In this document: one piece after another, positions 1 to 9,997 of the stretch
Layout of the letters: the number at the start of each line of letters is the position of its first letter
Position numbering within the stretch: position 1 is the first letter of the stretch
NCBI GenBank assembly: GCA_963817525.1
Contig: CAWFOU010000001.1
Location: 128,001-192,000, forward strand
Length of the DNA stretch: 64,000 bases
Source: an uncultured archaeon
GTDB lineage: Archaea; Thermoproteota; Nitrososphaeria; Nitrososphaerales; Gagatemarchaeaceae
Direction: 5' to 3'
Program-made: the position numbers and the translations under genes
The notes under the pieces: model-generated
What the model was told of the DNA's origin: nothing
The model's input: the letters and a program-made list of their open reading frames with translations, nothing else
Databases searched by the model: none

Positions 1-894
1 ACCCTCCGCGGCTACGGCGAGATGAAGGACCGCCCCTCCGTGAAGGGGAGGATGATCGACATGTGCGGGACGGGCGGCGACGTGGTCAAGACGCCCAACG
101 TGAGCACGATATCGGCCTTCGTAGCGGCCGGGGCCGGCGCGATTGTGGCCAAGCACGGGGGCCGCTCTGTGACCAGCAAGTCGGGGAGCGCCGACGTCCT
201 CGAGAAGCTGGGCTTCAACCTGGCGATGGACCCCTCGCGGGTCAGGGACTCCATCGAGCAGCTGGGCATCGGGTTCATGTTCGCCCCTGCATTCCACCCA
301 GCGATGAAGCAGGTCGCACCGGTGAGGAAGGAGCTCGGGGTCAGGACGGTGTTCAACCTCATGGGGCCCCTCATCAACCCCGCGCGCGTCGACGCGCAGC
401 TGCTGGGCCTCTACACGCCCACCCTGGTACCCCCGGTGGCCGCGGTCCTCGGGAGGCTGGGCCTCCAGGAGGCGCTCGTCGTCCACGGGCTGGAGGGGGT
501 GGACGAGATCTCGGTCACCGGCAAGACGCTCGTCTCGCACCTCAAGGACGGAGAGACGACCACGCGCGAGTACTCTCCCCGCGAGTTCGGGCTCAAGGAC
601 GGGCCGCTCTTCGCGGCGACGGGCCCGGCAGACGCGGAGGAGGGGGCGATGCTCGCGCTCTCAATCCTGAGCGGGGGCGCGGAGGAGAGGGACTGCGGCA
701 CCCTGATGGTCCTAGTGAACAGCGCGGCGAGCCTGGTCCTGGCGCAGAGAGCGTCGACCTTCGCCGAGGGCATCGAGCTGGCAGCCTCATCCATAAAGAG
801 CGGCAGGGCGATGGGGAAGCTGGAGCAGATGGTGAAGTTCAGTGGCGGGAGCCTGGACGGGGCGAGGGAGAGGTATGCAAACCAAGAAAAGTGA
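1..894 (+). CDS. trpD: Anthranilate phosphoribosyltransferase (5' truncated by window edge)
   Basis: Motifs DMCGTGGD, NVST, KHGGRSVTSKSGSADVLE and GVDE; frame open from base 1; followed by trpCFBA. Confidence 0.97.
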   Translation, partial: TLRGYGEMKDRPSVKGRMIDMCGTGGDVVKTPNVSTISAFVAAGAGAIVAKHGGRSVTSKSGSADVLEKLGFNLAMDPSRVRDSIEQLGIGFMFAPAFHPAMKQVAPVRKELGVRTVFNLMGPLINPARVDAQLLGLYTPTLVPPVAAVLGRLGLQEALVVHGLEGVDEISVTGKTLVSHLKDGETTTREYSPREFGLKDGPLFAATGPADAEEGAMLALSILSGGAEERDCGTLMVLVNSAASLVLAQRASTFAEGIELAASSIKSGRAMGKLEQMVKFSGGSLDGARERYANQEK

Positions 895-1711
895 GGCGAG
901 CTTCATCTTCACGCTCGCCAGCTCCGCGGCCCAGAACATCGAAGAGGGCTACTATCGCGGAATCGACAGGATGCAGGCCAGCGGCCTGAAGCGGGTGAGC
1001 CTCAAGGACTCGATCGCCCGGTCGAGGCTCACGCCGATCATCGCGGAGATCAAGTTCACCTCCCCCGCGGAGGGGAAGCTAAAAAAGCCCGGCGACGTGG
1101 CGAAGATCGCGCGGGCGTACGAGCGAGGCGGCGTCGCGGGCATCTCCGTCCTCACGGAGCCCAAGCACTTCGACGGCGACATCCGCTACCTCCCGCTCGT
1201 GAAGAGGGCCGTAGGCGTGCCCGTCCTCATGAAGGACATCATCATCGACCCGGTCCAGATAGACGCCGGAGCGGACATGGGCGCTGACGCGGTCCTCTTC
1301 ATCGCGGCGATCTTCAAGAACAGGCTCGCGAGGGCGAGCCTCGAGCAGATGTTCTCTCGGGCCCACGGCCGAGGGCTCGAGGTGCTCTTCGAGGCGCACA
1401 CCGAGGACGAGTACAAGTTCGCGCTAGAGTCGGAGGCCGACGTCGTCGGGATAAACAACCGGGACCTGGGCACCCTGGAGGTGGGCCTCGAGACCTCGAA
1501 GAGGCTCCTCGCGGCCAGCAGGGAGAGGCGGGGGCGCCTCAAGGTGATGGGAAGGGACAAACTCGTCATCTCGGAGAGCGGCATCAAGACCGGTCGAGAC
1601 ATCGGTGAGCTGACCGAGCTCGGGGCAGACGGGTTCCTCGTCGGCTCGGCGCTCATGAAGTCGCCAGACGTCGAGGCAAAGGTGCGGTCGCTCACGGGGA
1701 AGTCAAGATGA
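875..1711 (+). CDS. trpC: Indole-3-glycerol-phosphate synthase
   Basis: Motifs IIAEIKFTSPA, ISVLTE, GINNRDL and SESGI; ATG at 875 overlaps the trpD end. Confidence 0.96.
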   Translation: MQTKKSEASFIFTLASSAAQNIEEGYYRGIDRMQASGLKRVSLKDSIARSRLTPIIAEIKFTSPAEGKLKKPGDVAKIARAYERGGVAGISVLTEPKHFDGDIRYLPLVKRAVGVPVLMKDIIIDPVQIDAGADMGADAVLFIAAIFKNRLARASLEQMFSRAHGRGLEVLFEAHTEDEYKFALESEADVVGINNRDLGTLEVGLETSKRLLAASRERRGRLKVMGRDKLVISESGIKTGRDIGELTELGADGFLVGSALMKSPDVEAKVRSLTGKSR

Positions 1712-2385
1712 CCAGAGTAAAGATCTGCGGGCTGACCAGGGAGGAGGACGTGGACGCCGTCGTGGACGCGGGGACCGACGCCGTCGGGTTCATCTCGGGG
1801 CTCCCGAGCTCGCCGCGCAACCTCACAATCCAGCGCGCCGCCGGGCTCATGTCGAGGATACCGCCCTTCGTGACGGCCGTCCTCGTCACAACGGGCGACG
1901 CGCTCGCGGAGAACTCCGAGGCCGTGAAGCGCATGGCCCCTAAGGCCATCCAGCTCTACGGCAGCTCGTTCTCGCCCCAGACGCTCAAGGGCGCGTTCCA
2001 CGCCTTCCTCCTCAGGCCCTACCAGGTGGGGAGGCAGGAAGGCGATGTGGCCGTCGCCGACGCGATGCAGAAGGTCAAGGACGCCGTTGATGGGTACGAC
2101 GCTCTCCTCACGGACACCTACGTCAAGGGCTGGGAGGGTGGCACAGGGCTGACCTCGGACTGGGGCTTCTGCGCGGACATACGCAAGTCCATCGCCCCCA
2201 CCCCACTGATACTCTCGGGAGGCCTGAGGCCCGAGAACGTGCAGCTCGCGATAACCACCGTCGCGCCGTTCTGCGTCGACGTCTCGTCGGGGGTGGAGTC
2301 CGCCCCCGGCATAAAGGACGCCGCAAAGGTGAAGGCCTTCGTGAACAACGCCAACCAGCCCGAGGCGACGAGGGTGCACCACTAG
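1708..2385 (+). CDS. trpF: Phosphoribosylanthranilate isomerase
   Basis: Motifs RVKICGLT, GGTG, LSGGL.PENV and VDVSSGVES; ATGA overlap with trpC. Confidence 0.96.
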   Translation: MTRVKICGLTREEDVDAVVDAGTDAVGFISGLPSSPRNLTIQRAAGLMSRIPPFVTAVLVTTGDALAENSEAVKRMAPKAIQLYGSSFSPQTLKGAFHAFLLRPYQVGRQEGDVAVADAMQKVKDAVDGYDALLTDTYVKGWEGGTGLTSDWGFCADIRKSIAPTPLILSGGLRPENVQLAITTVAPFCVDVSSGVESAPGIKDAAKVKAFVNNANQPEATRVHH

Positions 2386-3588
2386 ATGGCCACCAAGAGG
2401 CGGGGCTCGAAGAAGGGCGACGCCGCCGGGAGGTTCGGGGCATTCGGAGGGCAGTTCGTCCCCGAGACGCTCGTCCCCGCGGTCCAGGAGCTTGAGCGCG
2501 CCTACCTCTCCGCGCGAAAGGACAAGGCCTTCGAGGCGGAACTCCGGCGCCTCCTTCACGAGTTCGCGGGGAGGCCCACCCCCGTCTACTTCGCGGCCAA
2601 CCTCACGGCCCACGCCGGCGGCGCCAAGATCTTCCTCAAGCGCGAGGACCTCCTCCACGGGGGCGCGCACAAGATCAACAACACCATCGGGCAGGCCCTC
2701 CTCGCGAAGAGGATGGGGAAGAGGCGGATAATCGCGGAGACTGGGGCGGGGCAGCACGGGGTCGCCACCGCGATGGCCTGCGCCGCCCTGGGCCTGAAGG
2801 GCGAGGTCTACATGGGCACCGAGGACATCGAGAGGCAGAAGCTCAACGTCTTCAGGATGAGGCTCCTTGGCGCCGAGGTCCATCCCGTGGACAGCGGCTC
2901 GCGCACCCTCAAGGACGCCATCAACGAGGCCCTGAGAGACTGGGTCACCAACGTGAAGACGACCTACTACCTCCTCGGCTCGGCGGTCGGCCCCCACCCG
3001 TACCCGACGATGGTGAGGGACTTCCAGAGCGTAATAGGCCTGGAGGTCAAGGCCGACTTCAAGAGGATGGGCCGCCTGCCAGACACGGTGGTCGCCTGCG
3101 TGGGCGGGGGGAGCAACGCGATCGGGAGCTTCCACGCCTTCGCTCGCGACAAGGGGGTCAAGCTCTATGGGGTCGAGGCGGGCGGGACGGGGCCTGGGAG
3201 AAACGCCGCGCCCCTGGTCGAGGGGAGGAAGGGCGTCCTGCACGGGATGCTCACCTACGTCCTCCAGGACGAGAACGGGCAGGTGAGGAGCACCGAGAGC
3301 ATCTCCGCAGGGCTAGACTACCCTGGAGTGGGTCCCGAGCACTCCTACCTCAAGGACAGCGGGCGGGCCACCTACGTCACGGTCTCCGACGACGAGGCAG
3401 TCGAGGCGTTCCACCTCACCGCGCAGAAGGAGGGGATAATCCCCGCCCTCGAGTCGGCCCACGCGGTGGCCTACGCGCTCAAGCTCGCGAAGCAGATGAG
3501 GAATGGGCAGTCGATCGTGGTCACGCTCTCCGGGAGGGGGGACAAGGACGTCCAGACCATAGCGAAGAAGGCCGGAATAGAGCTATGA
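2386..3588 (+). CDS. trpB: Tryptophan synthase beta chain (TrpB1 type)
   Basis: Motifs [15 protein letters not shown] (PLP lysine), [16 protein letters not shown] and [15 protein letters not shown]. Confidence 0.98.
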   Translation: MATKRRGSKKGDAAGRFGAFGGQFVPETLVPAVQELERAYLSARKDKAFEAELRRLLHEFAGRPTPVYFAANLTAHAGGAKIFLKREDLLHGGAHKINNTIGQALLAKRMGKRRIIAETGAGQHGVATAMACAALGLKGEVYMGTEDIERQKLNVFRMRLLGAEVHPVDSGSRTLKDAINEALRDWVTNVKTTYYLLGSAVGPHPYPTMVRDFQSVIGLEVKADFKRMGRLPDTVVACVGGGSNAIGSFHAFARDKGVKLYGVEAGGTGPGRNAAPLVEGRKGVLHGMLTYVLQDENGQVRSTESISAGLDYPGVGPEHSYLKDSGRATYVTVSDDEAVEAFHLTAQKEGIIPALESAHAVAYALKLAKQMRNGQSIVVTLSGRGDKDVQTIAKKAGIEL

Positions 3589-4394
3589 GCCCGATATCCG
3601 GGGTCTTCCAGAGGCTCCACAGGGAGGGCGCCCTCATCGCCTACGTCATGGGCGGCGACCCAGACCCGAGCACGTCGGGCTCGGTGATCGACGCCGTCGT
3701 GAGGGGCGGGGCCGACATCGTCGAAGTGGGGATACCCTTCTCCGACCCGATCGCCGACGGCAAGTCCATCCAGGCGGCCGACGTCCGCTCGCTGGCGGCG
3801 GGCACCACGCCGGCCCAGGTGCTGGAGCTCATCGCCGCGGCCAAGGCCAGGAACCCGCGCGTCCCCATCGTAGCCATGACGTACTACAACATCCTCTTCT
3901 CCAACGGCCTCGAGAAGTTCCTCTCCGCCGCGAAGGGACACGGGGTCGACGGCCTCATCGTCCCCGACCTCCCATTCGACGAGATCGAGGAGTACGCCCC
4001 CCTCGCGAAGCGCTACGGGCTCGACGCCGTCCTGCTCGCCGCCCCCACCACCGCGCCCTCGCGGATGAAGGCGATAGCAGCGCACACCTCGGGCTTCCTC
4101 TACCTCGTCTCGCTCACGGGGGTCACCGGGGCGAGGGCCGACGTCCAGCAGAGCACCGTCGGGCTCATCCAGTCGGCAAAGAGCAACGCCAAGGGAGTGC
4201 CCATAGGCGTGGGGTTCGGGATATCGACTCCCGACCACGTGAGGTCGGTCCTCTCCGCGGGCGCGGACGCCGCAGTGGTGGGCAGCGCGATCGTGGACAG
4301 GGTGGCGCGTTACCAGAAGGACGGCGCCGCCGTGATGCTAGCGAACGTCGAGAGCTACGTCCGGTCCCTCAAAGACGCGACCAGGCGCGCCTAG
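3585..4394 (+). CDS. trpA: Tryptophan synthase alpha chain
   Basis: Motifs [17 protein letters not shown] and GFGIS. Confidence 0.98.
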   Translation: MSPISGVFQRLHREGALIAYVMGGDPDPSTSGSVIDAVVRGGADIVEVGIPFSDPIADGKSIQAADVRSLAAGTTPAQVLELIAAAKARNPRVPIVAMTYYNILFSNGLEKFLSAAKGHGVDGLIVPDLPFDEIEEYAPLAKRYGLDAVLLAAPTTAPSRMKAIAAHTSGFLYLVSLTGVTGARADVQQSTVGLIQSAKSNAKGVPIGVGFGISTPDHVRSVLSAGADAAVVGSAIVDRVARYQKDGAAVMLANVESYVRSLKDATRRA

Positions 4395-5251
4395 GCTCCC
4401 TTCTCGGCCGCGCTGTAGATCTCCCTTATCACCGCGCCCCCTCTCTTGTCTGTCTTGTATCTCTTCGCTAGCTTCGAGAAGTGCCTGTCGAAGGCCCTCC
4501 TGTCAGAGGCCTCTATCATCGAGAGCACGCTCTTCAGCTCCCGCGAGGCCGCGCGAGCGACCTCCTTCGAGTAGGGGTTGCCCGCCTGGATGGCGAACGA
4601 GAGCCTCGCGTCCTGGGCGAGCACGGCCTCCGCAAGGGTCAGCTGCATCGAGGAGTTGGGAGTGGAGACACGCATGAACTCCTCCGGTGTGAGGAATCGC
4701 GACGCCGTCCCCGCGTAGACGACGTTGAGGATGTGCGTCAGCGAGAGGACGACGGCCATAGACCTGTCGTGCTCGCTGAGGCTCATCGGTATGATCCTCG
4801 CCTCCGGGAAGAGCCTCGCGGCGAGGGATGCCTCCGGGCCGTCCGCCCCGCCTTTGCCTACTATCACCGCGACCTTCATCCCCCTGGTGGACTCGAGGGC
4901 GGGGCCGAAGAGGGGGTGGATGGAGAGGAGGCTCACCCTCTTGCCGACGAGCTTCTTCAGCGCCGGGAGGGTCTGGGTCTTCACCGAGGATATCTCGACC
5001 AGCGTCGATCCGGGCCTCAGCTTGCCGACGAGCTCCTTCGCGACCTTCACCGTGTCGTCTATGGGGACCGCGATGACGGTGACGTCGCACCCCTTCACGG
5101 CCTCCGCGTTCGTCCGAACGGCAACGACGCCGGGGATAGCGACCCTTCCTTCGCTCGAGTCCGAGCCCCTGACCTCGTCGCCCCTCTCGAGGAAGTAGCG
5201 CGCGAAGAACGAGCCCATCCCGCCCGAAGCGCCGATGACGGAGACCTTCAA
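4391..5251 (-). CDS. tyrA: Prephenate/arogenate dehydrogenase
   Basis: Rossmann motif VSVIGASGGMG plus EISSVK, HPLFGP and EHDRSMA; TTG start at 5251 overlaps the upstream TGA. The longer ORF-track N-terminus is an out-of-frame overlap with the upstream gene. Confidence 0.92.
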   Translation of the reverse strand: MKVSVIGASGGMGSFFARYFLERGDEVRGSDSSEGRVAIPGVVAVRTNAEAVKGCDVTVIAVPIDDTVKVAKELVGKLRPGSTLVEISSVKTQTLPALKKLVGKRVSLLSIHPLFGPALESTRGMKVAVIVGKGGADGPEASLAARLFPEARIIPMSLSEHDRSMAVVLSLTHILNVVYAGTASRFLTPEEFMRVSTPNSSMQLTLAEAVLAQDARLSFAIQAGNPYSKEVARAASRELKSVLSMIEASDRRAFDRHFSKLAKRYKTDKRGGAVIREIYSAAEKGA

Positions 5252-6672
5252 CTCAGCAGTTCGCCTATCTTGCTGACCCCCGCGGTCAGGACATCCTGGG
5301 GCTGGCCCAGCGATATCCTGAAGCACCTTGGATAGTCGCCGAACCCGGTCCCGGGGCTGATGGTCACGCCCTTCTTCTCGAGGAGCTCCATCGCGAAGGC
5401 CGTGGAGTCGAAGGCCGGGTCCTTTGCCTGTGGCCAGGCGTAGATCGCCCCCTCGGGCTCTAGAAGCTCGAGGGCGTCTATCTTCTTCAGCTCGGCGCTG
5501 GTCGCGTCGATGCGCTCCTTCATCACCTTGGAGTTGTGCGAGACCTCCGCCTGGCACTCGAGCGCCTTCGCCGCCCCCCTCTGGATGAAGTCGGGGACGC
5601 AGGTGATCATGAGCCCGAGGACCTTCAGCATCCTGGAGCTGGTCTCGGCGGGGGCGAACGAGTAGCCCACCCTGAACCCGGTCATGCTCCACGCCTTTGA
5701 GAACGACGAGGTGAGGATGTACTTCCTCGGGAGGCTTTCGAAGATGGTCGGGCACGGCTTGTAGGAGTAGTCGTTGTAGATCTCGTCGCTTATCACCGTG
5801 AGGCCATAGTCGTCCGCGATCCCGACCATCTCCTTGAACGCTGCCTTGCCCATTATCTTCCCGGTCGGGTTCGAGGGGTAGCTGAGTATGAGCGCCTTTG
5901 TGTTCGGCCTGATCGCGGCCTTCACCCTCTCCGGGGAGGGCTCCCACCCCTCCTCGAGGGTGGTGTGGACCGTGATGGGCCTCGCGCCGATGTACTCAAT
6001 GCCCTCCTTGTACGCGGGCCAGTTCGGCTCTATCACGACCACACTGTCTCCCTCGGAGGCCACCGTGGCGAGCGCAGAGTACACCGCGAACCTCCCGCCC
6101 GGCGTGACGATGAGCTGGTTCTCGGTGGCGTCGCCGTAGCCGTAACGCCTCGCGAAGTAGGCCTTGAGCGCCGTGAGGAGCTCGGGGATGCCCCTCCCCA
6201 CCGTATAGTAGGTCTTGTACGCGTAAAGCGCCTCGGAGACGGCGTCGAGCACGGCTTTGGGCGGGTGGAAGTCGGGCTCGCCGACGTCCAGCCTCAAGAG
6301 CTTCTTCCCGCTCTTCTCTATCTCGGTCGCCTTGGCCATCATCACCATCGGGGTGATGAGCTGCTTGGGCTTCGCGGTCCCCTGCATCCGCTGGACCTTC
6401 TTGGACTCTGTGAGGAGGGTCCCCAGGATCTTGGTCCCGAGCTGCTGGTCGAGCCCGAGCGTCTTACACTCGCGGAGCACTTCCTCGAGGAGCGCGTCCT
6501 CCACGGCCTCGTTGTCTATCGGGATAGACTCCTTGCTCTTGACCTGCCCTATCTTCTTCGCCAGCTCTATCCTCTTCGCGACGAGCTTGATTATCTCCTC
6601 CGTGGTCGCAGCTACCTCTTCGCGCAGTTCCTGGAGCTCCGAGCCCTTTTGCTCCATGTCGCTGCTCGTCAT
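5248..6672 (-). CDS. Chorismate mutase (AroQ) / class I-II PLP aminotransferase fusion
   Basis: N-terminal ~95 aa AroQ-like (LQELREEV...KRIELAKKIGQVK...ESKKVQ); C-terminal aminotransferase motifs GEPDF, PSNPTG, SDEIY and SFSKAWSMTGFRVG. Confidence 0.9.
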   Translation of the reverse strand: MTSSDMEQKGSELQELREEVAATTEEIIKLVAKRIELAKKIGQVKSKESIPIDNEAVEDALLEEVLRECKTLGLDQQLGTKILGTLLTESKKVQRMQGTAKPKQLITPMVMMAKATEIEKSGKKLLRLDVGEPDFHPPKAVLDAVSEALYAYKTYYTVGRGIPELLTALKAYFARRYGYGDATENQLIVTPGGRFAVYSALATVASEGDSVVVIEPNWPAYKEGIEYIGARPITVHTTLEEGWEPSPERVKAAIRPNTKALILSYPSNPTGKIMGKAAFKEMVGIADDYGLTVISDEIYNDYSYKPCPTIFESLPRKYILTSSFSKAWSMTGFRVGYSFAPAETSSRMLKVLGLMITCVPDFIQRGAAKALECQAEVSHNSKVMKERIDATSAELKKIDALELLEPEGAIYAWPQAKDPAFDSTAFAMELLEKKGVTISPGTGFGDYPRCFRISLGQPQDVLTAGVSKIGELLS

Positions 6673-6673
6673 C

Positions 6674-7783
6674 TCACTTTCCCTTTCCCAGGACGGGGGA
6701 GATAAACCCAGCCCTGAGCGCGTGGTCAGCGAGAACGATGGCCGTGCAGCACTCGACTATGGGCACCGCGCGTGGTACCACCACTGGGTCGTGCCTCCCT
6801 GGGACGACCAGCTCCACCTGCTTCTTGGTGGAGAGGTCCACGGTCTTCTGCTTCTTGGCTATCGAGGCGGGCGGCTTGAACGCCAGCCGGTATACCAGGG
6901 GCATCCCGCTTGAGACCCCGCCGATTATCCCCCCCGAGTTGTTGGTGTCGGTGGTGATCTTCCCCTTCTTGTCTATGGAGTACTGGTCGTTGTTCTCGCT
7001 CCCCTTCAGCCTCGCGGAGGCGAAACCCGAGCCGAACTCGACACCCTTCACCGCAGGGATTGAGAGGGCCATCTGCGCGAGGTCGGAGTCAAGCGAGTTG
7101 AAGACGGGCTCGCCCAGCCCGACTGGAAGGTTCAGCGCGACGCACTCAACTATCCCCCCGAGGCTGTCGCCCTCACCCCTGCTCTTGATGACCATCTGCT
7201 TCATCCTCTCGGCGAGCTTGGGGTCGGGACTCCTGACCTCGTTCAAGTACCTGTTCTTCCTTGCGTCGTCCAGGCTGAACCCCTCCGCCCTGAGCCCCCC
7301 CAGTTCCAGCGTGTACGCGATTATCTCGACGCCGAGCGTCTCCTTGAGGAGCTTCTTGGCGACCGCCCCCGCCATCACGAACCCTGCCGTCACCCTCGCC
7401 GACGCCCTGCCGCTGCCGCGGTAGTCGTTGTACCCGCCGTACTTGGTCCTGTGGGTGAGGTCGGCGTGGCTCGGCCGCGGAGTGTTCACCATGGCCTCGT
7501 AAGAGCGCGAGTCGACGTCAAGGTTGCGTATCATCATCGTCACGGGCGCCCCCGTGGTGAGCCCGTTGAAGACCCCGGACATTATCTCGACCACGTCGCC
7601 CTCCTTCCTCTGCGTGGTGACTATGGACTGGCCTGGCCGCCTCAGGTCGAGGTCGGGCTGGATGTCCGCCTCGGAGAGGGCTAGCCCCGCGGGGACTCCG
7701 TCCACCACGGTGCCGACCCCCTTGCCGTGGCTCTCGCCGAAGCTCACCACGACGAACCTCTCACCGTAGATGTTTCCCGGCAT
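6674..7783 (-). CDS. aroC: Chorismate synthase
   Basis: Motifs FGESHG, RRPGQS, PRPSHAD, GRASAR.T and GRHDP; ATG at 7783. Confidence 0.97.
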   Translation of the reverse strand: MPGNIYGERFVVVSFGESHGKGVGTVVDGVPAGLALSEADIQPDLDLRRPGQSIVTTQRKEGDVVEIMSGVFNGLTTGAPVTMMIRNLDVDSRSYEAMVNTPRPSHADLTHRTKYGGYNDYRGSGRASARVTAGFVMAGAVAKKLLKETLGVEIIAYTLELGGLRAEGFSLDDARKNRYLNEVRSPDPKLAERMKQMVIKSRGEGDSLGGIVECVALNLPVGLGEPVFNSLDSDLAQMALSIPAVKGVEFGSGFASARLKGSENNDQYSIDKKGKITTDTNNSGGIIGGVSSGMPLVYRLAFKPPASIAKKQKTVDLSTKKQVELVVPGRHDPVVVPRAVPIVECCTAIVLADHALRAGFISPVLGKGK

Positions 7784-7791
7784 CTCTCTCA

Positions 7792-9114
7792 CTACTCGCT
7801 CTTGACCTTCGCCCCTAGCCTCTTGATGTCCTCGAGGAAGGTGGGGTACGAGACGTCGAGGCTGTCCGCGCCCACGATGGGGGTCCCCCCGGGGATCAGC
7901 ATCGAGGCGAGGGAGAAGGCCATGAACATCCTGTGGTCGTCGTGTGCGTCGAGGAGGGCGGCCTCCAGCCTCCCCTTCTGGGGGAGTATCCTCAGGCCGT
8001 CGTCCCTCTCCTTGACGTTGACCCCCAGCTTCGAGAGCTCCTTCGCGACTATCGCTATCCTGTCGGTCTCCTTGAACCTGGCGTGGGCCGTCCCCACGAC
8101 CTCTACCGGCGAGTCGCACCTGAGCGCGAGGGCCGCCACCACAGGGAGCAGGTCGGGGGTGTCCCCGAGGTCGAAGGTCCCCCCGCGGAGCCTGTCCCCG
8201 TCGGAGGCCACCACGAGCGCGCCCTTCTCCTCGGTGACCTTCGCCCCCATGGCCTCCACTATCTCGGTGATGCGGGCATCCCCCTGGGGCAGGCTCGCGT
8301 CCAGGTTCTCGACCTTCACCCGGCCGCCCAGCATCGCGACCGCCGCCACGATGAACGAGGCAGAGCTAAAGTCCGCAGGCACGTCAAAGTCCGCCGCCTT
8401 GTACTCCTGCCCCGACTCGACCACGAACTCAGAGTATCCCTTGTTGCGCACCTTCACCCCGAAGCGCTGGCCGAGCCTCAGGGTCATCTCGATGTAGGGC
8501 CTCGAGACCGCGTCGGCGACCTTCAGCGTGGTGTCGGCCCCCGCCATCGGCGTCGATATCAGCAAGGAGGAGACGAACTGGGAGGAGACGTCCCCGCGGA
8601 TCGCGGCCCTGCCGCCTTTCATCCCGCCCGTCTTCACTATCACCGGGGCGCACCCGTTCCCCCTTGAGCTCCAGGCGCTCACCCCGAGCTGCCCCAGCGC
8701 GTCCAGCAGCGGCTGCATGGGCCTCCTCTTAATGCTGGTGTCGCCCGTCAGCAGGGCGTACCCCTCGGGCGCGAGCGAGAGCGCCGAGGTCATGAACCTC
8801 AGGGTCGTCCCCGAGTTCTCGACGTTCACCACGTCGTCAGGGACCTTTGGCCTCGTCCCCTTGATCGTCAGGACGCCCTCCTGCCTCTCCATCTCCGCCC
8901 CCATCGCGGCGCAGGCGTCAACCGTTGCGTTCGTGTCCCGGGAGAGGAGGGGGTTGCGTATCTTCGAGCCCCCGCGCCCTCCGGCGACTGCGAGGCTCGC
9001 CATGAGGACCGCCCTGTGGGTGTAGCTCTTGCTCGGCGGGACCGAGACGCTCCCGGTCAGAGGGCCAGATGCCAGGACGCGCGTCGCCCCGTGGACGCTC
9101 GCGCTCTTAGCCAA
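7792..9114 (-). CDS. aroA: 3-phosphoshikimate 1-carboxyvinyltransferase (EPSP synthase)
   Basis: Motifs PPSKSYTHR, NSGTTLRF, VSSQF, KETDR and DHRM. Confidence 0.97.
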   Translation of the reverse strand: MAKSASVHGATRVLASGPLTGSVSVPPSKSYTHRAVLMASLAVAGGRGGSKIRNPLLSRDTNATVDACAAMGAEMERQEGVLTIKGTRPKVPDDVVNVENSGTTLRFMTSALSLAPEGYALLTGDTSIKRRPMQPLLDALGQLGVSAWSSRGNGCAPVIVKTGGMKGGRAAIRGDVSSQFVSSLLISTPMAGADTTLKVADAVSRPYIEMTLRLGQRFGVKVRNKGYSEFVVESGQEYKAADFDVPADFSSASFIVAAVAMLGGRVKVENLDASLPQGDARITEIVEAMGAKVTEEKGALVVASDGDRLRGGTFDLGDTPDLLPVVAALALRCDSPVEVVGTAHARFKETDRIAIVAKELSKLGVNVKERDDGLRILPQKGRLEAALLDAHDDHRMFMAFSLASMLIPGGTPIVGADSLDVSYPTFLEDIKRLGAKVKSE

Positions 9115-9997
9115 CGCTGAGGAGCCTCCCGTGCTCGTTGTTGGTCTCCGTCTCTATCACGCTGCTCCCGTCCTCCGCCCACGCCTTGGCCAACGCATCC
9201 ATCTCCGCCGCCTTCGAGGGGTCGAAGACGGCCGCGACGGCGGGACCGGTCCCGGAGAGCCCTGCCCCCAAAGCCCCGTGTTCCACGGCGAGTAGCGCTG
9301 GGAACGGGTCGTATTTGAGGATGGACGAATAGGTCATGCCGTTCAGGACCATCGCCCTCCAGTAGTCTCCCACTAGGCTCATCTCAAAGAAGAGGTTGGT
9401 CAGGCTCCCGAACTTCCTGACGAACTTGGGGTCGGCCATCTCCCTCCTGCTGCGCCCCTTCGGGACCACGATCAAGACCTTGAGCTTCTTGTCGAAGAGC
9501 CTCGAGCTCACAATCTTCCTTCCGAGGTTGTCGGTCATGTTGAGGCCCCCGAGGAGGCACCCCGCCGCGTCGTCGAGGGCGCCAGTCACGCTCGCCCCGC
9601 TCGAGAGGGAGGCCTGCACGCTGCAGTCAAGGACCTTCTTCGGGTCGAAGGCCTTCTGGCCCAGCGCCGCGTAGGTTGCGAGGGCGATCGACGTGGAGGC
9701 GGCCGAGGACGTCTTGAGCCCCACCCCTATTGGGACGCTGGAGCTGGTCTGCACCCTCCCCGAGTACGCGTCCGGGTCCTTTCCCGCGCTCTTGATGGCC
9801 TGCCGGATGGTCTCGACCGCCAGCCTCGACCCTGACTTTTTGCCGTTGACCACCACCTCCCACGCGCCGCTCGCCGCTTCCAGCTCCACCTCTGCCTCGG
9901 TGGAGAGCCTGACGCTTGCCGTCGCCCCCTTGCCCCCCGCGATCGCGTTGACTATACTGATGGCCCCGAAGGTCATGGCCTTCGCCTTTGTGCTCAT
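9107..9997 (-). CDS. aroK: Archaeal (GHMP-family) shikimate kinase
   Basis: Motifs GAISIVNAIA.GKG, P.GVGLKTSSA, SVTGALDD and GLSGTGP; ATG at 9997. Confidence 0.93.
   Translation of the reverse strand: MSTKAKAMTFGAISIVNAIAGGKGATASVRLSTEAEVELEAASGAWEVVVNGKKSGSRLAVETIRQAIKSAGKDPDAYSGRVQTSSSVPIGVGLKTSSAASTSIALATYAALGQKAFDPKKVLDCSVQASLSSGASVTGALDDAAGCLLGGLNMTDNLGRKIVSSRLFDKKLKVLIVVPKGRSRREMADPKFVRKFGSLTNLFFEMSLVGDYWRAMVLNGMTYSSILKYDPFPALLAVEHGALGAGLSGTGPAVAAVFDPSKAAEMDALAKAWAEDGSSVIETETNNEHGRLLSVG

Noticed and set aside
1186-3243. Long antisense or alternate-frame ORFs (e.g. 685 aa here, 58810-60180, 16576-17715 and many others)
   Set aside because: Shadows of high-GC3 genes; Arg/Gly/Pro-rich with no recognisable motifs
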